Source: Anaerolineales bacterium
GTDB taxonomy: Bacteria; Chloroflexota; Anaerolineae; Anaerolineales; UBA4823
DNA: 64,000 nt
Assembly (NCBI GenBank): GCA_046260155.1
Contig: JBJYXV010000063.1
Location: forward strand, 105,037-169,036
Reading direction: 5' to 3'
Below are positions 29,658 to 39,798 of the stretch, piece after piece (the stretch's first letter is position 1; every line of letters begins with the position of its first letter). The notes beneath the pieces were generated by a model. It had not been told where the DNA came from, ran no database searches, and was given only the letters and a program-made list of their open reading frames with translations. A program made the translations under genes and the position numbers.

Positions 29658-30884
29658 TTAAGAAAAAATACTTAACGGAATTGGGGTAAAGACAAGCACG
29701 AAAACTACCAGGCCGAGGACAGCCAATGCCTTCCGTCTGGGATCAAGAGGGGTAATCTGGTCCAGTGGTTCAGCATGCGATCGACCCAGAAGAAAGATCA
29801 AAAATGCCCAAAGCCACCAGCCTGACCATACCGTTCCCAAAATAATTAATGCTACCAATATAAATGGCAATAAGATTCGAGAGCGCTTCCCGAACAAGGC
29901 ATACAGAATGTGTCCGCCATCCAGCTGGCCTGCTGGAATTAGATTAAGGGCTGTGATCAGCAAACCGGCCCAACCTGCCCAGGCAACAGGATGCAGCATA
30001 ACATCAACTGCTCCATATGGGATTGGTTGACCCGTGAAAAAGTATCGCAGCCAGTAAATCAATGGATTTACATTGCCGAAAGTTGCTGGAGCAGGCAACC
30101 AATTCCCAAAAGCAATGTATTTCATGAGCAAGTAAAGTATGGAATTACCTTCCAGGCTAATCGCTTGACCTTGAGCGAGAAATAAAGGTAACCGGTCAAT
30201 TTGAGACAGGTATAAACCCAGGAGGAGGAGAGGTATCGCGACCACTAATCCAGCGAGGGGACCGGCAATACCGATATCCAAGAGAATCCTCTTATTCTTG
30301 GGTGGTTCTTTTAATTGGATGAAAGCCCCCATCGTTCCAAATGGGCTAAATGGGAAAGGAATGAAGTACGGCAATGTGACCGCGGAGCGGTGGTACCGGG
30401 CAGCCAGGTAATGCCCGAATTCGTGCGCAAGCAGTATGGCGAGCAGGCTGGCTGCAAATGCTAATCCCCGCAACAAAGTTGGTACAAGATGAGGCAGGAG
30501 TTGGTTTAAATCGGAAGTTAATGGTCCTCTATATTCGAAAAAAGTCCCTGCAAAAACTACACTCAATCCGGTCAGAAGAAACAAGATCAAATTGATCCAA
30601 GGATTGGAGGGTTTTGGTCTAACGATACCTCTCAACAGTACAATGATCTGGTCGCCATCTTCAATGCGGAAGAGAGGGGTTATTTCGAGATTTTGCAAGC
30701 TCTTTGAGAGTTGTTGGTAAGCAGCCTCGGATTCCAGGAGCAACCTTCCTCGATAACGTACCAAGAAATTTTGTTTTTCATCCCCCCAGGTGACCTCTTC
30801 AATCTGGAAAACCTTTTTTACGAGTTGAAGATAAGGATCTGGTGGAGGGGCTGGTTCAATTGATTGCGTATATGTAATTGTCAT
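29658..30884 (-). CDS. Site-2 protease (M50) family metalloprotease
   Basis: HEFGH, GIAGPLAG, NLIPAGQLDGGH. Confidence 0.94.
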   Translation of the reverse strand: MTITYTQSIEPAPPPDPYLQLVKKVFQIEEVTWGDEKQNFLVRYRGRLLLESEAAYQQLSKSLQNLEITPLFRIEDGDQIIVLLRGIVRPKPSNPWINLILFLLTGLSVVFAGTFFEYRGPLTSDLNQLLPHLVPTLLRGLAFAASLLAILLAHEFGHYLAARYHRSAVTLPYFIPFPFSPFGTMGAFIQLKEPPKNKRILLDIGIAGPLAGLVVAIPLLLLGLYLSQIDRLPLFLAQGQAISLEGNSILYLLMKYIAFGNWLPAPATFGNVNPLIYWLRYFFTGQPIPYGAVDVMLHPVAWAGWAGLLITALNLIPAGQLDGGHILYALFGKRSRILLPFILVALIILGTVWSGWWLWAFLIFLLGRSHAEPLDQITPLDPRRKALAVLGLVVFVLVFTPIPLSIFS

Positions 30885-30941
30885 GAATGAGAAACCGGTC
30901 TATAAAGTGAAGGATATTGAAAGGATTATGCGATGAAAAGG

Positions 30942-31035
30942 CGGGAGTGGATGGGAGTCGAACCCACCGCGGCCCGCAACGCGACCCGCCGCCGGTTTTG
31001 AAGACCGGGGAGCCCACCGGGACCCAACCACCCCC
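30942..31035 (-). tRNA. selC: tRNA-Sec (TCA)
   Basis: 8-bp acceptor stem GGGGGTGG/CCACTCCC, 6-bp D stem with 4-nt loop, CCGGT-CTTCAAA-ACCGG anticodon arm, long variable arm, GTGGG-TTCGACT-CCCAT. Confidence 0.95.
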
Positions 31036-31265
31036 GTAATAGATTCTTGGAAATCTATTCTAGATTCCGGCGAAATTATACCATTTAGTGCCTCTGGCAT
31101 TCCACACCTTAAGGGATTATCATTGTTGGGGTTTTTTCACCAAGGAATTTCTTTTCTGATATATTCAAGGTGGCAATCTGAAACCTCGGAATTCATCCTT
31201 GAATTTTAAGATGTTTTTGTAATCTTAACCATTAGCCTATTATTAACAGTTTATGGAGCATTGGT

Positions 31266-32135
31266 ATGGAAAACGTCATATTGTGGGATTTGATGCGTAA
31301 TGCCTGGTCAAGGATTGAAGCAAGGTACAAGCCAGCGCTCAACCAAATGGTTTCCAGGAGTAAATTAACTATTCGAGAATGGATGCTTTTAATAGCAACT
31401 TTGACTTTCGAACCCGAGGACACAACACCGTCTCATCTCATGGTGCGTGGGCCGTACACCTCCAGTGACAAGTACCTGGCTGGTTTAGAGAAAGCCGCCG
31501 GGGCTGGTTATTTGGTTAGAGTGGGCGATGGGCGATACCGGCTCTCCGAGGAAGGAAAGAAGGCTGTACAGGAGTTGATCAGAGTAGCGAGAGAAGCAAT
31601 GACTCCCCCAGGAAATCTCACTCATCAAGAATTATCAGAATTGGCCGAACAGTTAAATAAGTTGGTAAACAATTGTCTTGAAGCACCGCCCCCACCGGAT
31701 TCCTGGTCGATCACCTTGAGTCATAAGTTGATGCCACCCATGGATCCTCCTCTGCCGTTTATCGAGCAATCCATATCCTGTCTCAAAGCGTATCGTGATG
31801 ATGCCCATCTGGCATCATGGTGTTCATCGGGGTTGTCTGCAAGTGCAATGGAGAGTTTAACACTGATCTGGCGGGGACAGGTTTATACTTTTCAAGAACT
31901 GCTTGCCAAGTTATACTTCCGGGGTCATCCAGATGTAGTATATCTTGATGCCATCGCTGAACTGCGAGCAAATGGTTATTTAACCGGTTCACGTAACAAC
32001 ATCAAGATCACATCTGAAGGCATAAAATTTCGAGATCAAGTAGAACAAAAGACCGAGGAGTATTTCTTTCGTCCTTGGGATCGCCTCTCAGAGAGTGAGA
32101 GACGCCAAATTGCAGGTATTCTAGAACAGATTTGA
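31266..32135 (+). CDS. Hypothetical protein with two MarR-like winged-helix segments
   Basis: GYL.......YRLSEEG and GYL.......IKITSEG repeats. Confidence 0.65.
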   Translation: MENVILWDLMRNAWSRIEARYKPALNQMVSRSKLTIREWMLLIATLTFEPEDTTPSHLMVRGPYTSSDKYLAGLEKAAGAGYLVRVGDGRYRLSEEGKKAVQELIRVAREAMTPPGNLTHQELSELAEQLNKLVNNCLEAPPPPDSWSITLSHKLMPPMDPPLPFIEQSISCLKAYRDDAHLASWCSSGLSASAMESLTLIWRGQVYTFQELLAKLYFRGHPDVVYLDAIAELRANGYLTGSRNNIKITSEGIKFRDQVEQKTEEYFFRPWDRLSESERRQIAGILEQI

Positions 32136-32200
32136 TTTACTTTACTTCCAATGATTATTCTTTCCAGAATATACTAATAATTTAATGGAGGTTTCTGAAC

Positions 32201-33538
32201 ATGGATGTCAAGGAACTAGCAGCTAGGATAAAAGAAGACCAGGTACGATTTTTGTCCCTTCAATTTACTGATGTCACAGGGGCAGTCAAAAGCCTGGATA
32301 TTCCAGTTGCACGGGTAGAAGAGGTAGTAAATGATGGTGCCTGGTTCGATGGCTCCTCTGTCGAGGGATTTGCCAGAATTCAGGAAAGTGATATGCGCCT
32401 GGTGCCTGATATAGAAACATACGCAGTCTTACCCTGGAGTCCAGAAGAATCTCGCAGGGCAAGAATCTTTTGTGACATTTTCTTGCCGGATGGATCGCCG
32501 TTCACGGGAGACCCACGTGGGGTGCTCAAGCGAATTCTCCGGGGGATTGAATCGAGAGGATGGAAATTCAATGTAGGTCCAGAACCAGAATTTTTCCTCT
32601 TCAAGCGCAATGGGCCTGCAAGTATTCACCCGGTACCCCATGATGTTGGTGGGTATTTTGATTTTTCAGCAACTGATGAGGCAGTTCGCGTCCGTACACA
32701 GTTGATGGCCGCGCTGGGGACCATGGGTTTAGTGGTGGAGATGGGTCACCATGAAGTTGCTCTGGGACAGCACGAAATTGATTTCGAATATGCCGATGCT
32801 TTGAAGGCAGCCGATAATATCTTGACATTGAAATATACAGTGAAAGCAATTGCTGCACAATACGACCTGGTTGCTTCGTTCATGCCCAAACCGATATTCG
32901 GGATCAATGGGTCAGGTATGCATTGCCACCAATCGATCTTTGATGAGAAAGGGAAAAACCTCTTTTTTGATGCAGAGGACAAACATAACCTTTCGAAATT
33001 GGCCTATGGTTTTATCGGGGGCCAACTGCACCATGCCCGGGCATTATCTGCGGTCGTCGCCCCGACTGTTAACTCCTACAAGAGGTTAGTACCGGGTTAT
33101 GAAGCCCCGGTTTATGTTGGGTGGGCGCAAATAAATCGATCTGCATTGATTCGAACACCAATCTATACACCTGGTCGAGAAAATTCGATTCGCGCCGAAC
33201 TACGTTGTCCAGATCCGAGCGCAAATCCTTATCTGGCCCTGGCAGCGATGCTGGCGGCAGCTCTGGATGGAATCGATCAGGAAATAGAGGCTCCCGAGCC
33301 TCTGAACGAAATCAATGTATATGATCTCACCAGAAAGGAACGCGAGGAACATGATATTGCCGAACTTCCTGGGTCGCTTGCAGAAGCTTTACAACTGCTA
33401 GATGGGGATCAAGCGCTTAAGGAAGCTCTAGGTCCAGTCATTTACGAAAGCTTCAAACGGGCAAAATGGGCTGAGGTTGAGGAATACCGTACCAGGGTGA
33501 CAGATTGGGAGGTTTCCAGGTATCTGCAAACAACTTAG
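32201..33538 (+). CDS. glnA: Glutamine synthetase type I (alpha-type length)
   Basis: FDGSS, GPEPEFF, HHEVA.GQHEI, FMPKP..GINGSGMH, RLVPGYEAP, ELRCPD. Confidence 0.97.
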   Translation: MDVKELAARIKEDQVRFLSLQFTDVTGAVKSLDIPVARVEEVVNDGAWFDGSSVEGFARIQESDMRLVPDIETYAVLPWSPEESRRARIFCDIFLPDGSPFTGDPRGVLKRILRGIESRGWKFNVGPEPEFFLFKRNGPASIHPVPHDVGGYFDFSATDEAVRVRTQLMAALGTMGLVVEMGHHEVALGQHEIDFEYADALKAADNILTLKYTVKAIAAQYDLVASFMPKPIFGINGSGMHCHQSIFDEKGKNLFFDAEDKHNLSKLAYGFIGGQLHHARALSAVVAPTVNSYKRLVPGYEAPVYVGWAQINRSALIRTPIYTPGRENSIRAELRCPDPSANPYLALAAMLAAALDGIDQEIEAPEPLNEINVYDLTRKEREEHDIAELPGSLAEALQLLDGDQALKEALGPVIYESFKRAKWAEVEEYRTRVTDWEVSRYLQTT

Positions 33539-33602
33539 TCATTCACCTGTCTGGTAAGAGCGGGGAAAATCGGCAGAAGTGCTATAGAATTTCTTGCAAG
33601 CT

Positions 33603-33641
33603 AAGAGGATCTTCATAATTTTTGAGGATCCTCTTTTTTTT
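33603..33641 (+). terminator. Intrinsic terminator after glnA
   Basis: AAGAGGATCTTCA/TGAGGATCCTCTT stem plus T-run. Confidence 0.85.
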
Positions 33642-33716
33642 GGACCGGATACATTTTTATTAAATTCGTGCCTGGTATTAATCTAATTATTTTGGAGCAC
33701 GATCAAAAATTGGTTT

Positions 33717-34532
33717 CTATCTCCTGGTACCAGTGCTAATAAAATCCATGATGATCTGGTTCACCTGTTCAACATCAGATAGGTGGGGTTGATGACCAGC
33801 GCCTTGGATGGGTTTGCCGGTTGCATGTGGCAGCGCTTCTACCAACGATGGAAAAGAATCCGGGTTTAGAGTTAAATCCTTTGTCCCCCATACGATGCAA
33901 GCTGGTGATTGAATTTGAGAAAGGTGATTTTCTATATTTGGAATTGAATCAATGATAAAAACAATCTCGGGGTCAGCGCGGCTAATGTCTTCTGCTTTTT
34001 GTTTTCGGGTGTGATCTTCATAGAGAAATTGACCTCTGATATCAAGTGATATACCTAGGTGAATCAACCAGGGAGGTGCAATCTCAAGTGCTTTCTTGTA
34101 TGGGGCAGGATTGCTGCTAATATACTTGAGGAAAGGATTGAGCTGGGATTTATCATAGTATGGATTGATGAGAACAAGTTTATTTACCTCGGCAGGGTTC
34201 TTGAGTGCAAAATATAAGCAAATCAATCCACCCAGCGAGTGACCAATCAAATTGATCTTCCTGTCAAATTGAAGAGAATTGATCGAATGTGCAAACTGCT
34301 CATAAAGCATTTTGAAAGTATATCCGGAGCTCGGGGCTTTGCTATTGCTGCTCCCATGACCAACTAAATCCGGTGCAAAGACCTGGTATCCTCTTTTTTC
34401 CAACTCTGGTGATAGGTAAACCCAATCAAAGTGAGATGCACCAAATCCATGCACCAAGATTGCAGGTGTTTCTTTTCCACCCGAGAAATGAGGTATCTCT
34501 CCTTCCGCCGGACTTGGATAATTCTCAACCAT
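33717..34532 (-). CDS. Alpha/beta hydrolase
   Basis: HGFG, DLVGHG, GHSLGG, WGTKD, AGH. Confidence 0.9.
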   Translation of the reverse strand: MVENYPSPAEGEIPHFSGGKETPAILVHGFGASHFDWVYLSPELEKRGYQVFAPDLVGHGSSNSKAPSSGYTFKMLYEQFAHSINSLQFDRKINLIGHSLGGLICLYFALKNPAEVNKLVLINPYYDKSQLNPFLKYISSNPAPYKKALEIAPPWLIHLGISLDIRGQFLYEDHTRKQKAEDISRADPEIVFIIDSIPNIENHLSQIQSPACIVWGTKDLTLNPDSFPSLVEALPHATGKPIQGAGHQPHLSDVEQVNQIIMDFISTGTRR

Positions 34533-34688
34533 GAAAAATCAAAATAAGATTGTATTTAATCGATTAAATTTCGAGATAAGAAAATATTGTTGGGGACCTG
34601 AGTATAATTCTTCTTGCCACATCTTGATAAACCTTTACTTTATTTAAGAAAATATTTTGTATCAATCATTTTCGGAGGTGCATACAAA

Positions 34689-35108
34689 ATGAGTGTCCAA
34701 TCACATACGATTAATCTAAATACACAAGGCAATGCAGATATCCAGGACATTACCAACCAGGTCTCACAAATCGTTGCTAATAGTGGACTTCTAAACGGTG
34801 TCGTCACATTATTTACACCATCAGCAACGAGTGGATTGACGACGATTGAGTATGAATCTGGATGTCTCAACGATCTTAGACGTCTGTTTGATGAAATCAT
34901 CGATCCAAATAGGAGTTATGCGCATAATGCTCGTTGGGGTGATGGTAATGGGCACAGTCATATCAGGGCTGCACTATTGGGTCCTTCGTTGAGCATACCT
35001 TTTGAGGACCGAAGGTTGACTCTCGGCACCTGGCAGCAAATCATATTTATTGATTTTGACAATCGCCAGAGACGCAGGAAATTGGTTGTGCAGCTATACG
35101 GTGAATGA
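34689..35108 (+). CDS. yjbQ: YjbQ / UPF0047 family protein
   Basis: GNGHSHIRA, LGTWQQI.F.DFD; GGAGG before ATG 34689. Confidence 0.9.
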   Translation: MSVQSHTINLNTQGNADIQDITNQVSQIVANSGLLNGVVTLFTPSATSGLTTIEYESGCLNDLRRLFDEIIDPNRSYAHNARWGDGNGHSHIRAALLGPSLSIPFEDRRLTLGTWQQIIFIDFDNRQRRRKLVVQLYGE

Positions 35109-35116
35109 GATTTTTC

Positions 35117-36034
35117 CTACAGGTAAATCTCTTCTTCACCTGCCCGCATCGCCTTAAAAGCAGCGATAGAAACTTCCAGCATATCAAGATCAGGTTCGCG
35201 GGTAGTTAAATGTTGGAGAGCCAGGTTAGGTTTAACAATCGTTTTAACAAATCCTGAATCCAGGTGGTTGGCTGTCCAGCGAATATATTCGTATGCAACG
35301 CCAGCTAAAACCGGTATCATCAAGATTCGACTGGCGAGCCGCATTCCTAAAGGCAGTGGACCAAGAAGCGAGAAAACCAAGATCGAAAGAACGATTAAAG
35401 TCAGCAGGAAAGCTGTTCCGCAGCGAGGATGTTCGAGCGAATAGCCCTTTACAGTTTCGGGGACTAGCTCAGCGCCTGCCTCGAACGCGTTTATCGTCTT
35501 ATGTTCAGCCCCGTGATATGCAAAGACCCTTTTGATATCGGGAATCCGCCCGATAAACCAGATATAAGCGATCAAGATCGCTAATCGAAGTAATCCTTCC
35601 AGCAAATTACCGATCCATGCTGCTGTATATGCTTGTGAGGCATCTAATGTAAAAGTTGAAGTTACAAATCTCTCAAAAAAGTATCCGACCCCAGCGGGCA
35701 GGAGGAAAAATAGACCTACGGCAAATGCAAGTGAAATTCCCAGGGTAACGAACAATGCAGCTCCCTCGATCTTTTCATCCTCGCCGCTTTGTGTGTTTGC
35801 TGAGATGGTTAATGCCTTCATTCCCAGGCCCAATGCATCCCAAAGTAAGATCATGCCGCGCAGAAAAGGGATTTGAACAATCTTGCTGCGGTATACACTC
35901 CCCAAGCCATCCTCATGGATGACGATCGAATCATCTGGGGCGCGCATAGCAATCGCCACGGATTGTTTTCCCCGCATCATAACCCCTTCAATTACCGCCT
36001 GCCCACCGTAGGTTGGTAGTTTTAATTTGTCCAT
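35117..36034 (-). CDS. DUF1385 (YqhQ-like) membrane protein
   Basis: YGGQAVIEGVMM, YHGAEHK, HPRCGT.F, TTREP. Confidence 0.92.
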   Translation of the reverse strand: MDKLKLPTYGGQAVIEGVMMRGKQSVAIAMRAPDDSIVIHEDGLGSVYRSKIVQIPFLRGMILLWDALGLGMKALTISANTQSGEDEKIEGAALFVTLGISLAFAVGLFFLLPAGVGYFFERFVTSTFTLDASQAYTAAWIGNLLEGLLRLAILIAYIWFIGRIPDIKRVFAYHGAEHKTINAFEAGAELVPETVKGYSLEHPRCGTAFLLTLIVLSILVFSLLGPLPLGMRLASRILMIPVLAGVAYEYIRWTANHLDSGFVKTIVKPNLALQHLTTREPDLDMLEVSIAAFKAMRAGEEEIYL

Positions 36035-36052
36035 TTTGGAAGTAATTGTATC

Positions 36053-37429
36053 CTATTCCGCTAAATTATAAATAAAATTGATCATTGTTTCGATACCGTT
36101 ATTCCAGGTCGGTAAGTGCAATTTCTCATTAGGACTGTGAGCATTATCATCTGGAAGAGAGAAGCCACAATTCACTGAATCCACCTTTAACAAATCCATG
36201 AATAAAACAACAACCGGAACACTGCCACCCTCTCGACGGAACAAGGGTTTTTTATTCCAGACCTGCTCCATTGCCTTCTGCATCGCTTTAACGCCTGTCG
36301 ATTCCTGGGCGGAAATTGAAGCTGGACTGCCTACCAAACTTGTGACTTTGAATGTGATCGTATTCGGTGCATTGTTTTCAAGATATTGAACTAGCTGCTG
36401 GTGTACTTCATCCGGATCCTGATCAGGGACAAGGCGGGTGGAGATTTTTGCCATAGCCCAGGCAGGCAGGACTGTTTTCGAACCATCTCCGATAAAACCC
36501 GAATAGATTCCATTTACCTCGAGCGTTGGCCTCGCACCGACCCTTTCGACGGGTGAATAATCCATCTCGCCCCAAAGTGCAGGTGCTCCTGTTTTCTGCA
36601 AATAAAATTCCTCACCCATTGGCAAGCGGGATAATTGCTCCCGTTCCAGATGGTCAATTTCACGGACTCTATCATAAAAACCGGGTAAGGTTATCTTCCC
36701 ATCTTTATCGTGCATGCCTGCAATTAACTCGCACAGTGCTTGAGCAGGATTATGAACCACACCGCCGTAAATTCCGGAGTGCAGATCATGATCAGGTCCA
36801 TCGATCCTTACTTCAAAATACGCTAAACCTCGTAAGGCGTATGTGATCGTGGGCAGATCGGGAGCAATCATTCCAGTGTCCGGATTGAGCGCAAAGTCGC
36901 ATTTCAACAGATCAAGATGATCAGAAATGAATTCACCTAAATTTGGTGATCCAATCTCTTCCTCACCTTCAATGAGGAATTTGACATTGATGGGCAGTTC
37001 ACCAGCATTGAGGACTGATTCTAGGCCCTTTATGGTTGCAACGACCTGGCCCTTCATGTCAGAAGCCCCTCGAGCAAACAAGTTATCCCCCCGCTGCACT
37101 GGATCAAAAGCATCGCTTGTCCAAAGTTCTAACGGCTCTGCAGGTTGGACGTCATAGTGACCATAAATTAAAACTGTTGGAGCATCCTGACCTGCAGGAG
37201 TTAATTCTCCATAAACTACCGGGTGGCCGCTGGTTTGGAAAATTTCAACCTTTTTCAAACCAAGGTTGCGAAATTGGTTTCCCACCCAATTCGCTGCCTC
37301 AACCATATCTGCTTCATGGGAAGGATCCGTTGATATAGAAGGAATCCTTAGGAATTCTTTGAGTTCTGCTAGAAAACGTGAGTTGTTTGCTTTGGCATAA
37401 TCCAGGGCATTGCTTCTTGGGCTGGTCAT
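36053..37429 (-). CDS. M20 family dipeptidase
   Basis: YGHYDVQP, RGASDMKG, EGEEE.GS, DLHSG, HSPNE. Confidence 0.92.
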   Translation of the reverse strand: MTSPRSNALDYAKANNSRFLAELKEFLRIPSISTDPSHEADMVEAANWVGNQFRNLGLKKVEIFQTSGHPVVYGELTPAGQDAPTVLIYGHYDVQPAEPLELWTSDAFDPVQRGDNLFARGASDMKGQVVATIKGLESVLNAGELPINVKFLIEGEEEIGSPNLGEFISDHLDLLKCDFALNPDTGMIAPDLPTITYALRGLAYFEVRIDGPDHDLHSGIYGGVVHNPAQALCELIAGMHDKDGKITLPGFYDRVREIDHLEREQLSRLPMGEEFYLQKTGAPALWGEMDYSPVERVGARPTLEVNGIYSGFIGDGSKTVLPAWAMAKISTRLVPDQDPDEVHQQLVQYLENNAPNTITFKVTSLVGSPASISAQESTGVKAMQKAMEQVWNKKPLFRREGGSVPVVVLFMDLLKVDSVNCGFSLPDDNAHSPNEKLHLPTWNNGIETMINFIYNLAE

Positions 37430-37473
37430 TCAGTTCTCCTTATTAGTATTTACCTGATGAATTTTACTCCAAA

Positions 37474-38172
37474 TTATGATCCTAATTGGGAGTCTCTGCG
37501 AAGAGATATGAACACCATGTAGCAGATGATCAAGAAAGCGGTGATGATGCTGGTAAACCCATAGAAATTTAGATTACTTAATGGATTGACCGCGCGCACA
37601 GCAACATCGAGGAGAATTTCCTTTGGAGAAAAGAATATATCCCAACTGTTCCAGCCTGAGAAGCGACCAAGATAAATCCCGATGCTGGCTAAGATGAGGG
37701 CACTTCCAACGAAAAGCCAGCTTGGCAGCCAACCAAATTGGTTTTTTACCAGCAGCTGCATTGTCCTCAAAGAAGCGATTGCTAAGAAAAATCCTGTCCA
37801 GGCAAAAGCAGCCAGCATGATGATGTCATACCAGATTGGAATTCCCGGACGCTCCTTCAGGTGGAGGAAATCGGTGATGATATAAGGTGCGTTGGGAAAG
37901 AATAGCAGCCAGAAAAATCCAGGAATCAATACTACCCACTTGCTGTCTGGTCTGGCAATATAAAGCCCAGCAGCCCAAAGGCTGAATAAGAATGGCAACC
38001 AGGCCAAAAATAGGTTCCAAATTAAATTGGTGTATGCAAAACTATAACTTTGAATCACACGTGCTGTGAACAAAGCCAGGGCAAAGATTGTGGATAAGAT
38101 AATCGGATAAAGAGTTTGATTTGCCAGGAATTGGTGTAATTTTTCAAATTTAGCGATCAAGTTCTGCATCAT
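37474..38172 (-). CDS. DUF1361 membrane protein
   Basis: WNLFLAW.P, WLLFFPNAPYI.TD, GIYLGRF..WNSWD. Confidence 0.9.
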   Translation of the reverse strand: MMQNLIAKFEKLHQFLANQTLYPIILSTIFALALFTARVIQSYSFAYTNLIWNLFLAWLPFLFSLWAAGLYIARPDSKWVVLIPGFFWLLFFPNAPYIITDFLHLKERPGIPIWYDIIMLAAFAWTGFFLAIASLRTMQLLVKNQFGWLPSWLFVGSALILASIGIYLGRFSGWNSWDIFFSPKEILLDVAVRAVNPLSNLNFYGFTSIITAFLIICYMVFISLRRDSQLGS

Positions 38173-38659
38173 CTGCCTCCTAGGTAGGGCTAATTGCAGA
38201 ATTTCTATTGAAAATCGTTTTTAGAATATTTTCAAATGGCGGTAAGTTCCAATCGGAGGTTCTTATTATATGCGAAAAAGATCACGGTCCTGCTCCAAAA
38301 TGTATTTCTAAAAATACTTTAATAGAGGGGTTGTGCTAAAATTCAATTGCGGTTGTTCCAGCTAAGATATTGGTCGACCGTTCTGCTGAGCAAAATGACT
38401 TTTACAAGGAAATTTCGAGTGTTTATCGACTCGAGGAATGAATTAGCAGTACACGCCGAAGGTAAAATCTAATTATTAAGCTAGTCGATAAAATCGTCCA
38501 AATAGAGATAAAATCGCACAATTTCTTTGGCATTATTAGTTTTTTTGTTACGACCTGCGTGATGTGGATTTGATTTTCCCGAATCCCATCCGGGTAGTGA
38601 ATTTTTTGAGCAGAAAATAATGGTGAGACGCGAAGGGAAGGTCCAAGTTACCACGCAGC

Positions 38660-39304
38660 ATGAAAAGAAAACCTGAACATGATCAAAAATTTACACCGTT
38701 GTGGTTAGAGTGGGCACGGGAGATCCAGGCGATCTCGCAAACCGGTCTGCACTACGCTGAAAATGATTATCAAATCCAGAGGTATTCACGTTTATTAGAA
38801 ATATCCGCGCAGATCATCAGCAGTTTTTCTGACCTGGAATATCGGGATTTAGTCAGAATTTTCAACCACCAAATCGGGTATGCAACTCCGAGAATTGATG
38901 TGCGCGGGGCAGCATTCCAGGCAGGTAATTTGCTGATGGTGAAAGAAAGTCTAGATGGCGGCTGGACGATGCCAGGTGGTTGGGTCGATGTGGGTGACAC
39001 ACCTTCCGGTGCCGTTGAGCGTGAAATGTATGAAGAATCGGGTTTTGTGGTTAAGGCTCGGAAAATTATCGGTGTTTATGACGCAAACCGCAGCGGTCCA
39101 CTGGAAGTATTCCACGCATTTAAGATCGTTTTCCTGTGTGACATTCTTTCAGGCGAAGCACGGACCAGTGAGGAAACCTCCGACGTAAAATTTTTTTCCA
39201 GAAACGAACTACCCGAAACATTGTCAGGGGAAAGAACAAAACCACGCCATCTTGAAGATGCATTTAACGCATTACTGGATGAGCGACCGACATATTTTGA
39301 TTGA
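38660..39304 (+). CDS. Nudix hydrolase with N-terminal helical domain (YjhB-like)
   Basis: WAREIQAISQTGL.Y, GYATP.IDVR, PGGW.D.GD......REMYEESG. Confidence 0.92.
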   Translation: MKRKPEHDQKFTPLWLEWAREIQAISQTGLHYAENDYQIQRYSRLLEISAQIISSFSDLEYRDLVRIFNHQIGYATPRIDVRGAAFQAGNLLMVKESLDGGWTMPGGWVDVGDTPSGAVEREMYEESGFVVKARKIIGVYDANRSGPLEVFHAFKIVFLCDILSGEARTSEETSDVKFFSRNELPETLSGERTKPRHLEDAFNALLDERPTYFD

Positions 39305-39306
39305 CT

Positions 39307-39780
39307 ATGGAAATGACTCTGGTTCCTTTCAAAGTCCCTGGAAAGATATTCCGCAGTGCGATGCCTTACAGCCGTTATGATCCGCAGGGGATGCTGATTC
39401 CGGCTTATACGGAGAACAAGATTTCGATGGTCGTGATGTTGTCGAGTGATGAAGAGGCAGTAAGGATCACTGGACGTGATTTGACGAAAATCTACGAATC
39501 TGAAGGATTCGAAGTGGTCCACCTGCCGATTCAGGATTTTGGAATACCAGAAATATCAAGAATCCGGGAGGTCATCTCGATCGTCGCTTCCCACTCAGAA
39601 TCGGGCGGTAATGTGGCAATCCATTGCCATGCGGGAGTGGGGCGCACTGGTATGTTCCTGGCTTGCTTGGCAAAAATTACGAAGGGGTATTCACCAGAGG
39701 ACGCGATCAATTGGGTTCGTGAGTTTGTCCCGGGTGCAGTTGAAATCCCGGATCAAGAACGATTAGTGAGCATGGTGTGA
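39307..39780 (+). CDS. Cys-dependent (PTP/dual-specificity type) phosphatase
   Basis: PIQDF acid loop and HCHAGVGRTG P-loop. Confidence 0.92.
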   Translation: MEMTLVPFKVPGKIFRSAMPYSRYDPQGMLIPAYTENKISMVVMLSSDEEAVRITGRDLTKIYESEGFEVVHLPIQDFGIPEISRIREVISIVASHSESGGNVAIHCHAGVGRTGMFLACLAKITKGYSPEDAINWVREFVPGAVEIPDQERLVSMV

Positions 39781-39798
39781 ATTGGACGAGGTAATTTC

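Noticed and set aside
30900-31100. 66-aa ORF
   Set aside because: Overlaps tRNA-Sec.
31200-32220. GlnR/TnrA box near glnA
   Set aside because: No good TGTNA-N7-TNACA match found.
36053-37429. M20 peptidase as YgeY of the urate pathway
   Set aside because: Motifs (YGHYDVQP, DLHSG) fit the general dipeptidase subfamily, and it lies in a separate divergent unit.
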